DNA of 13,223 bases from Phycisphaerae bacterium (GTDB lineage: Bacteria > Planctomycetota > Phycisphaerae > UBA1845 > Fen-1342): assembly GCA_050115495.1 (NCBI GenBank), contig JASFQK010000066.1, positions 1 to 13,223 of the forward strand. Direction: 5' to 3'. The position numbers were made by a program, and so were the translations under genes. Under the pieces are notes generated by a model, which was given only the letters and a program-made list of their open reading frames with translations, ran no database searches and had not been told where the DNA came from. Positions 1 to 6,481 of this stretch are shown here, one piece after another (positions within the stretch are counted from its first letter, which is position 1; every line of letters starts with the position of its first letter).

Positions 1-49
1 TTCGGTGGACGTCCATCCCAATCTGCGATACGCTCGTCTGCATTCCCAT
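1..49 (-). CDS. IS110-family transposase, N-terminal fragment (truncated by window edge)
   Basis: ATG at 49-47 (alternative 43-41), AGGAG at 60-56; translation MGMQTSVSQIGMDVHR. Confidence 0.75.
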   Translation of the reverse strand, partial: MGMQTSVSQIGMDVHR

Positions 50-126
50 GGCTGTCTCCTGCTTCCAGAGAATCCCACCGGAAACGATAACCGTTCCCGG
101 CAGGAGGCAGCCTTTCATGGGATTAC
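1..126 (-). mobile_element. IS110-family element, left end and transposase 5' fragment (copy 1, pointing out of the window)
   Basis: Exact reverse complement of 13097-13222; identity stops abruptly at 126/127. Contains RBS AGGAG and an ORF beginning MGMQTSVSQIGMDVHR, matching the N-terminal (I/V)GxD(V/L)(H/S/A)K pattern with the first Asp of the IS110 DEDD domain. Confidence 0.8.
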
Positions 127-129
127 AAT

Positions 130-402
130 CTATGTCGCGGACGACCGACCTTCCTTCAGCAGGCCGGCGACGAAGTCGGAGACAATCTCCGCGCCGAGCG
201 TGGCCAGGCGTTCTTCCACATCCTCGGCGAAATGGCCGAGCATCCCTTTGTCGGCCAGCAGGTCCACCACGCGATGATGCAGCCGGCGCATCAAGGCTTG
301 ATCTCGCCGAACCTTCTCGGGCAGGGCGATGTTGATACGGCCCCGGTCGTCCTCCATCGCGTGCAGAGCCACGAGCGGAAACAGCCTCGATTTTCTAGCC
401 AC
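130..402 (-). CDS. Hypothetical 90-aa protein, translationally coupled to the HNH gene
   Basis: GTG at 402 preceded by AAGGAGGAGG; overlaps the upstream ORF by 8 nt (395-402); stop TAG at 132-130. Product MARKSRLFPLVALH...LLKEGRSSAT looks helical; no family recognised. Confidence 0.7.
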   Translation of the reverse strand: MARKSRLFPLVALHAMEDDRGRINIALPEKVRRDQALMRRLHHRVVDLLADKGMLGHFAEDVEERLATLGAEIVSDFVAGLLKEGRSSAT

Positions 403-742
403 GGGGCACCTCCTCCTTCGGCCCAAGGACGGCGTGGGGGAGAATGCTGAAGTGGCCTTCGGCGACGCAGACCTCGATCGTTCGGAAGATCGGCTTGTGG
501 ACCAGCAGGTGGCACGATTTGCACAGGAAGACGAAGCGATCGGGGCGAATCGGCGGGACGTGGTGGATGGTCAGGTTCTCCGTCGAGCCGCAGGCGATGC
601 ACGGCGTGATCTCGACCCGGCCGGTCTTGACCAGCCGCACGGACTTCCGCCGCAGGCGGTTGCGTTTCCGCTGACGGTGTTTGGCGCCCTTCCCCCGGCG
701 TTTTAATTGGATGGGATTCCCGGTACTATCGACAGCAACCAT
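395..742 (-). CDS. Small Zn-binding HNH-endonuclease-like protein (115 aa)
   Basis: GGAGG RBS 6 nt upstream of the ATG; motif CIAC-GSTENLTIHH-VPPIRPDRFVFL-CKSCH-LLVH (CxxC...HH...LCxxCH); very basic N-terminal segment. Confidence 0.75.
   Translation of the reverse strand: MVAVDSTGNPIQLKRRGKGAKHRQRKRNRLRRKSVRLVKTGRVEITPCIACGSTENLTIHHVPPIRPDRFVFLCKSCHLLVHKPIFRTIEVCVAEGHFSILPHAVLGPKEEVPRG
724..729 (+). promoter_or_regulatory. Candidate -10 (TACTAT) of an antisense promoter inside the start of the HNH ORF
   Basis: TACTAT at 724-729 with TTTTAA 17 nt upstream (701-706). The -35 match is weak. Confidence 0.4.
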
Positions 743-947
743 TCTGCACCTCCCGGGGTGTAGCTTGGCCAGAGCCGGGTCGGTGTGTCTGCACCTTCTC
801 GGCTCGCCTTGCGCATAGGCGGAGCCACCGTGTGGTTAGACAGCACAAGCCGCAGCGCCGCAAGGGCGCAGTGGAAGGCTCACGATGACTCCGCGCGTTC
901 CAATTATCTTAAGAAGCGCACGACACAACTTGTCCTGTCTAACCATA
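736..947 (+). ncRNA. Candidate structured cis-antisense RNA / structured leader region
   Basis: Hairpins at 744-763 and 801-826, a GCAA-tetraloop hairpin at about 850-874, and a 19-bp closing stem 831-849/929-947. Several mismatches are G-U pairs on the + strand but C-A on the - strand. Confidence 0.4.
831..947. repeat. 19-bp imperfect inverted repeat (17/19) with 79-nt spacer
   Basis: TGTGGTTAGACAGCACAAG (831-849) versus reverse complement of 929-947, TATGGTTAGACAGGACAAG. Confidence 0.85.
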
Positions 948-951
948 GACA

Positions 952-980
952 AGTATGCCCGATAAACGCGTACAAGTCAA
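952..980 (-). promoter_or_regulatory. Sigma70-type promoter for the HNH operon
   Basis: Minus strand TTGACT (980-975), 17-nt spacer, CATACT (957-952), within an AT-richer patch; predicted start near 945-946. Confidence 0.7.
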
Positions 981-1012
981 GAGAGACCACCCAAAAATGT
1001 CCCTAACGGAAT

Positions 1013-1100
1013 GTAGGGCGGGCCGTGCCCGCCAGCCTCTCCGCGACCAGGAAGATAGGGAATTGACGCGGCCCCCACCGACAGGCGTGGCCCACCCTGC
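1013..1100. repeat. Inverted doublet of GTAG-type REP sequences (REPIN-like)
   Basis: GTAG-GGCGGGC-CGT-GCCCGCC at 1013-1033 (+) and a degenerate GCAG-GGTGGGC-CAC-GCCTGTC at 1100-1080 (-). Confidence 0.6.
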
Positions 1101-1304
1101 CCTCTCGACACGCGTGCACAGCCGGCGTGCAGCGTTCCCGCTCCTGACAACCGCGGATCCCCAAACCTTGACGGACAGCCGGTGTCTCGTATCGTGATGT
1201 GCGGGAGTAGGGTTCTGGGAGATGCGGGATGATCCGGACGGGGAGTTCCGGGTCCAGGTCGACGGGGATGCCGGCCGCTGCACGGCGCCGGCGGGGGTCT
1301 ATCC

Positions 1305-2873
1305 ATGAAAGTTGCGCTCGTTTCCACGTACACGCATCCGATCGCGATCGGCATGCGCTACCTGTCCTCATCACTGAAGACCGCCGGACACGATGTGAAC
1401 GCGATCTTCATGATGTCCCGGCGGGATACAACGAAGCCGGACTGGAACGAGGCTGTATTGGCAGACTTCGTCGAACGCCTGCGCGATCGTGAGCTGATCG
1501 GCCTCAGCCTGATGACGAACAACTTTCACCGGGCGCGCGCGCTGACGGAACGCATCCGCGCCGCCGGCATCCGGGCCCCGATCATCTGGGGCGGCACGCA
1601 TCCGACGATGGCGCCGGCGGAATCGCTGGCGCACGCCGACGCCGTCTGTGTGGGTGAAGGCGAGCAGGCCCTGCTCACGCTGCTGGAACGCATGGCCGCG
1701 GGCCGCGATCCGACGGATATTCCCAGCCTGTGGTTCCGCGGCGGCGGTCCGTTCGGCAATCGCGCCGACGTACGTAACGACATCGCCCCGCTCGAACAGG
1801 ATCTCGACGCCCTGCCCTTCCCCGACTGGGATCTGCTGGCGCAGTGGGTGCCGGGCAAGGAGGGCCTCGAACCGTCGCGGCCGGAGAACATGCGCGGGGC
1901 CATGGATACGTTCCGTCTCGAAACAAGCCGCGGCTGCCCCTACCACTGCACGTTCTGCAACAACACGGCCCTCCAGCTTCTGTACAAGGGCAAGGGACGC
2001 TGGGTCCGGCTGCGCTCGGTGGACAACATCCTGGCAGAAATCCGCCCGATCCTCGCCCAACATCCGCACATCCGCTCCGTCAATTTCGTCGACGACCTGT
2101 TCTTCGTGCGGCGGGAGGAGGAGATCGAGGAGTTCGCGACGCGGTACAACGCAGAGGTCGGCCTGCCGCTGCAACTGGACGCCTTTCCGAACACGGTCAC
2201 GGAGCGAAAGGTCCGCGCCATCGCCCAGGTGCCGATCGAGCTCATCAGCATGGGGATCGAAAGCGCCAGTGAAGATTCGCTCAAGAACGTGTACCAGCGG
2301 CCGACGTCGCTGAAGCGCATCGCCGAGGCGATCGCCACGTTCAAGCGGCACCGCGTGCGAACGGAGTATCACTACATCGTGAGCAACCCGTTCGAGCCCG
2401 AGCGGAACGTGATCGAGACGATGCGGTTCATCGCCGACCACCACCAGGGCCCGTCGGTTCTCCGCGTCTTCCCGCTCATGTTCTACCCCGGCACGCCGCT
2501 GTATCGGCGGGCCTGCCAGGAGGGCATCATCGACGAACGGGACACGGCGGCGTACGACTTCATGGGGACCGGGGCGCTCCAGTTCGCCCGGCACGACTAT
2601 CTCGCCGTCTGGCTCCGGATGGTGCTGAACCTGCGGAACATCGGCGGTCCGCGCTGGCTGGCCCATCGGATGATCGACTTCGCGACCTGCCGGCCGGTAC
2701 GGTTCGTGCTGGATCGGCGGTGGTTCTGTCCGACCGTGTTTGTCGCCTACCAGATTGCTCGGAAAGTCTGGCGAAACTTCATCCACCAGCCGTTCATCCG
2801 CCCGTGGAAGTACCTGCGCGGCCACGCTAATCGGCGGGTCGCGGCCCACCCGGCCGGCCTCGCTCCGACCTAA
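1305..2873 (+). CDS. Cobalamin-binding-domain radical SAM protein (class B methyltransferase-like)
   Basis: N-terminal B12-binding domain (IGMRYLSSSLK...IIWGGTHPT...VCVGEGE), SRGCPYHCTFC CxxxCxxC motif, FVDDLF, MGIESAS, YPGTPLY. Confidence 0.92.
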   Translation: MKVALVSTYTHPIAIGMRYLSSSLKTAGHDVNAIFMMSRRDTTKPDWNEAVLADFVERLRDRELIGLSLMTNNFHRARALTERIRAAGIRAPIIWGGTHPTMAPAESLAHADAVCVGEGEQALLTLLERMAAGRDPTDIPSLWFRGGGPFGNRADVRNDIAPLEQDLDALPFPDWDLLAQWVPGKEGLEPSRPENMRGAMDTFRLETSRGCPYHCTFCNNTALQLLYKGKGRWVRLRSVDNILAEIRPILAQHPHIRSVNFVDDLFFVRREEEIEEFATRYNAEVGLPLQLDAFPNTVTERKVRAIAQVPIELISMGIESASEDSLKNVYQRPTSLKRIAEAIATFKRHRVRTEYHYIVSNPFEPERNVIETMRFIADHHQGPSVLRVFPLMFYPGTPLYRRACQEGIIDERDTAAYDFMGTGALQFARHDYLAVWLRMVLNLRNIGGPRWLAHRMIDFATCRPVRFVLDRRWFCPTVFVAYQIARKVWRNFIHQPFIRPWKYLRGHANRRVAAHPAGLAPT

Positions 2874-2934
2874 CCCGACAACCGGAGTCGGCTACGAAGG
2901 CGACGCCGGCGCAAATCCAAATCGCTAACTGCAA

Positions 2935-2976
2935 TCACCCTGTGGGTTGACCGTATAAAGGGTGACGGCGTAATGT
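2935..2976 (+). promoter_or_regulatory. Possible promoter with an overlapping inverted repeat upstream of the ATPase gene
   Basis: TTGACC (2947-2952) with CGTAAT or TAATGT 16-18 nt downstream; the -35 is bracketed by TCACCCT (2935-2941) and AGGGTGA (2959-2965). Confidence 0.35.
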
Positions 2977-3028
2977 GGCCGCGCCCGGGAGTAGTATCAC
3001 TAAGCCTAGACGGCAACAGAGGTTAGAT

Positions 3029-4708
3029 ATGCCCATCGGGGAAGTCCTGGTCACGAAGGGACTGATAACCCAGGAGCAACTGGACGAGGCCGCCAGCCAG
3101 CGGTCCTCGCCATCCGAGCGACTCGACCAGGTACTGATCCGGGCGGGGCTGGTCCGCGAGCGCGACGTGTTGCAGGTCTTCAGCGAGCAGCTCTCCATTC
3201 CGGTCGTCCAGCTCGAAGAGTCCGACGTCGACCGCGAATTGCTGAAGATCGTGCCCAGTCGGCTGGTGCACAAGTACTCGCTCATGCCCCTCAAGCGAAA
3301 CGGCCGCGGGCTGCGCGTGGCGACGTCCGACCCGTACAACATGTACGCCCTCGACGAGCTGCGCACCTGCATCAACATCCCGGTCGAACCCGTCCTCGCC
3401 ACCAGCACCGAGATCCACAAGCTCATCAAGACCTTCTACGGCGTCGGCGGCGAAGTGCTGACCACGCTCGTGCAGGAACGCGGCGAGCTCGAGGTCGTCG
3501 ATGAGCAGCGCATCGAATCGGCCGACCTCGAAGTGCAGATGGCCCAGGAGGCCTCGGTCGTCAAGCTGGTCAACGAGATCCTGCTCGAAGCCATCGACCA
3601 GCGTTGCAGCGACATCCACTTCGAGCCGTTCGAGACCGATTTCGTCGTCCGCTATCGCGTGGACGGCGTGCTGCACGTGGCGAACGTTCCGCCGGAGATC
3701 CGCCGGTTCAAGAACGCCATCATCAGCCGCATCAAGATTCTGTCGAATTTGAACATCGCCGAGCGGCGGATGCCGCAGGACGGCGGTTTCAAGATCCGGG
3801 CGCACGGCCGCGAGATCGACCTGCGTGTGAGCGTCATCCCCATGGCGTTCGGCGAAGGCGTCGTGCTGCGTATCCTGGACCGCACGGCGGTGAAGCTGAA
3901 CCTGACCGACCTGGGTATGGAAGGCGAGACGCTCGATTCGTTCCACGAGCTGATCCGCCGGCCGCACGGCATCGTCCTGGTCACCGGGCCGACGGGCTCA
4001 GGTAAGACGACGACGCTGTACGCCGCGCTCAAGTCGATCGTCTCTCCCGAGATCAAGATCCTGACCATCGAGGACCCGGTCGAGTACTACCTCGACGGCA
4101 TCAACCAGACGCAGACGCTGCCGAAGATCGGGCTGACGTTCGCCCGGGCCCTGCGCAGCTTCCTGCGTCACGACCCCGACGTCATTCTGGTCGGTGAGAT
4201 TCGTGACCTGGAGACGGCCGACGTGGCCATCAACGCGTCGCTCACGGGCCACCTGGTGTTCAGCACGCTGCACACGAACGACGCCGTCACGGCGACCACG
4301 CGTCTGCTGGACATGGGCGTCGAGCCGTTCCTCGTGTCGAGCTCGATCGAGGCGGTCGTCGCCCAGCGTCTGGTGCGTACGATCTGCCGCGAGTGCAAGG
4401 AGGAATGGACGCCGGAGAACGCGAAGGTCCTGCCGCCGGACTTCAACTATGAACCCGGCGAGATCCTGTACCACGGAGCGGGCTGCCGCGAGTGTCACAA
4501 CACGGGCTTCGCCGGCCGGCGGGCGCTGTACGAGCTGCTGGCCATGACCGATACGCTGCGTGAGCTGATCCTCGAGCGGGCCTCGGCGACCAAGCTGCTC
4601 CACCACGCGAAGAAGGAAGGCCTGAAGCTCATGCGCGACGTCGGCTGGGAGCTCTGCCGCGCCGGCCACACGACGCCGCAGGAAGTGCTGCGTGTGACGA
4701 AGGTGTAA
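3029..4708 (+). CDS. GspE/PulE/PilB-family secretion or pilus assembly ATPase
   Basis: Walker A GPTGSGKTTT, TIEDPVEY, LRHDPDVILVGEIRD, TGHLVFSTLHTN, Zn motif CREC...CREC, and an N-terminal MshEN-like domain. Start placed at ATG 3029 (GAGG upstream) rather than the track's 2975. Confidence 0.93.
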   Translation: MPIGEVLVTKGLITQEQLDEAASQRSSPSERLDQVLIRAGLVRERDVLQVFSEQLSIPVVQLEESDVDRELLKIVPSRLVHKYSLMPLKRNGRGLRVATSDPYNMYALDELRTCINIPVEPVLATSTEIHKLIKTFYGVGGEVLTTLVQERGELEVVDEQRIESADLEVQMAQEASVVKLVNEILLEAIDQRCSDIHFEPFETDFVVRYRVDGVLHVANVPPEIRRFKNAIISRIKILSNLNIAERRMPQDGGFKIRAHGREIDLRVSVIPMAFGEGVVLRILDRTAVKLNLTDLGMEGETLDSFHELIRRPHGIVLVTGPTGSGKTTTLYAALKSIVSPEIKILTIEDPVEYYLDGINQTQTLPKIGLTFARALRSFLRHDPDVILVGEIRDLETADVAINASLTGHLVFSTLHTNDAVTATTRLLDMGVEPFLVSSSIEAVVAQRLVRTICRECKEEWTPENAKVLPPDFNYEPGEILYHGAGCRECHNTGFAGRRALYELLAMTDTLRELILERASATKLLHHAKKEGLKLMRDVGWELCRAGHTTPQEVLRVTKV

Positions 4709-4763
4709 GGCGGCCACCTGCCAGCGCGTTGATTTCGGGGGAAATGACACTACAAATGGGGGG

Positions 4764-6029
4764 ATGCTGCGCAGAGGCAAGGTCATCGTGGCCATGTCCG
4801 GCGGCGTGGATTCGTCCGTCGCCGCCAGCCTGCTGTGCGCGCAGGGGTACGAATGCGTCGGCGTTTTCATGCGGGTCGGGAAGCATGGGGGGGAAGAAAG
4901 GCAACGAGGCAACGAGGCAACGAGGCAACAAGGCGTTGAATCCGAAGATCGGTCGGAGAAACGAGGAAGCCTTCGATCCGCGGGTGCCACTGGTGGCTTG
5001 CCCACCAGTGCCTCAGGTTCCCCCGAGCCAACGGCCGACGCGGAGCCCGGACGGCACGGGGCCGACGACGACGCACCGGATGCAATCCGGTACCACAGTG
5101 GGGCGGACGATGCGCGGGGGATCGCTGACCGGTTGGGCATTCCGTTGCACGTGCTGGATTTCGAGGCGGACTTCGGGCAGATCGTCGAGTACTTCGTGGA
5201 CGAATACGCCCGTGGCCGCACGCCGAACCCGTGCATCGTCTGCAACAGCCGGCTGAAGTTCGGCAAGCTGCTGCGCTTCGCGGACGAACTCGGCGCCGAA
5301 TACGTCGCCACCGGCCACTACGCTCAGATTCTGCGCGAGCCGGCGGGCGTCCGGCTGGCGCGAGCGGTGCACAGCGACAAGGACCAGTCGTACGTGCTGT
5401 TCAGCATCCGCCGGGATGACCTGCGCCGCTGCCTGCTGCCCATCGGCGAGATCGCCGACAAGGCCGAGGTTCGCCGGGTGGCGGAGACGCTCGGCCTGCA
5501 AGTGCACGACAAGCCGGAGAGCCAGGAAATCTGCTTCGTGCCCGACGACGACTACAAGCGGCTCGTGCGCGAGCGGCGGCCGGAGACACTGTGCCCGGGC
5601 GAGATTCGCGACGCCGCCGGACGAACGCTGGGTCGGCACGCGGGAATCGTCAACTACACGATCGGGCAGCGCCGCGGGCTGGGCATCGCCGCCGCCAGGC
5701 CGCTGTACGTAACGCGGCTGGATGCGGCGAGCCACACCGTGTACGTCGGTCCGCGCGAGGAGCTGCTCAGCGCAGGCCTGATCGCCAACCGGATCAACTG
5801 GCTGACGGATCCCCCGCCACCCGATCAGCCGCAACGCGTGAGCATCCGCATTCGCTATCAGCACGCGCCGGCACCCGGCAGCATTCGCCTGCTCGCCGGC
5901 GGCGACGTCGAGGCCCGCTTCGACGAGCCGCAACCGGCGGTCACGCCCGGCCAGGCCGCGGTGTTCTACGGCGGCGACATCGTTCTCGGCGGCGGGTGGA
6001 TCCGGGAGTCCTTGCCGGCAACAGCCTGA
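4764..6029 (+). CDS. mnmA: tRNA 2-thiouridine(34) synthase MnmA
   Basis: AMSGGVDSSVAA PP-loop, GRTPNPCIVCN, ATGHYA, KDQSY, KPESQEICF, YTIGQRRGLG, AVTPGQAAVFY. Confidence 0.96.
   Translation: MLRRGKVIVAMSGGVDSSVAASLLCAQGYECVGVFMRVGKHGGEERQRGNEATRQQGVESEDRSEKRGSLRSAGATGGLPTSASGSPEPTADAEPGRHGADDDAPDAIRYHSGADDARGIADRLGIPLHVLDFEADFGQIVEYFVDEYARGRTPNPCIVCNSRLKFGKLLRFADELGAEYVATGHYAQILREPAGVRLARAVHSDKDQSYVLFSIRRDDLRRCLLPIGEIADKAEVRRVAETLGLQVHDKPESQEICFVPDDDYKRLVRERRPETLCPGEIRDAAGRTLGRHAGIVNYTIGQRRGLGIAAARPLYVTRLDAASHTVYVGPREELLSAGLIANRINWLTDPPPPDQPQRVSIRIRYQHAPAPGSIRLLAGGDVEARFDEPQPAVTPGQAAVFYGGDIVLGGGWIRESLPATA
4899..4934 (+). repeat. 8-bp tandem repeat (AGGCAACG)x3 + AGGCAACA + AGGC inside mnmA
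   Basis: Read directly from the sequence. Confidence 0.9.
4982..5011. repeat. REP-like palindrome inside mnmA
   Basis: GGGTGC-CACTGGTGG-CTTGC-CCACCAGTG-C; perfect 9-bp stem 4988-4996/5002-5010. Confidence 0.6.
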
Positions 6030-6113
6030 CCGGCGTCGACGCGCGGTGACCGGCCCGGCTATCATGCATGCCGATCACTGCCCGAGACGAATCCCGCACG
6101 CCAGGAGAACATC

Positions 6114-6479
6114 ATGTCCAGGGAAGCCAAGCCGCTTTACATCGGCACGAACCGCTTCGTGGCCGCGCTCGACCCGCACACCGGCGAGGAAATCTGGCGG
6201 ACGAAGCTGCCGCGCGGAGGCGGCTATCCGGTCACCATGCTCATCAAAGGTCAGCAGATCTTCTGCGGCTGCTACGGGCACGTCTACTGCCTGGACAAGC
6301 GCACGGGCGAGATCCTCTGGGAAAACGGCCTGCGCGGGATGAGCTACTACACCGTGCTGCTCGCTATGGAAGGTGCCACCGGGCAAACGCTGGACGGGGC
6401 GGCCAGCGAGGACGACCGTCGCCGACGGCAGGCAGCAGCGGCCGCAAGTGGCGCTGCGGCGGGAAGCACGGCAGGCTGA
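6114..6479 (+). CDS. Small PQQ-like beta-propeller repeat protein (121 aa)
   Basis: AGGAG RBS; two repeats, VAALDPHTGEEIWR and VYCLDKRTGEILWE; Ala-rich tail. Confidence 0.85.
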   Translation: MSREAKPLYIGTNRFVAALDPHTGEEIWRTKLPRGGGYPVTMLIKGQQIFCGCYGHVYCLDKRTGEILWENGLRGMSYYTVLLAMEGATGQTLDGAASEDDRRRRQAAAAASGAAAGSTAG

Positions 6480-6481
6480 TC

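Noticed and set aside
5..277. Track ORFs 5..277 (+) and 12838..13218 (-) with identical N-termini
   Set aside because: They are antisense readings of the IS end and diverge exactly at the IS boundary.
835..943. Integron attC site (GTTAGAC and GTCTAAC match the core consensus)
   Set aside because: The order is reversed relative to attC (RYYYAAC should come first), no matching partner boxes were found on either side, and there is no integrase in the window.
836..946. 36-codon leaderless minus-strand ORF MVRQDKLCRALLK...
   Set aside because: It coincides with the inverted-repeat arms and has no recognisable features; RNA structure explains the region better, though it is not excluded.
736..947. 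Retron msr/msd or IscB omegaRNA (HEARO)
   Set aside because: No reverse transcriptase is present, and the HNH ORF lacks PLMP and RuvC segments.
2874..3028. c-di-GMP riboswitch upstream of the ATPase
   Set aside because: Hairpins are present but the conserved class I/II sequence motifs are not.
6068..6481. N-terminal extension of the GT9 ORF
   Set aside because: It overlaps the better-supported PQQ-repeat gene in another frame, and GT9 motifs only begin after about 6490.
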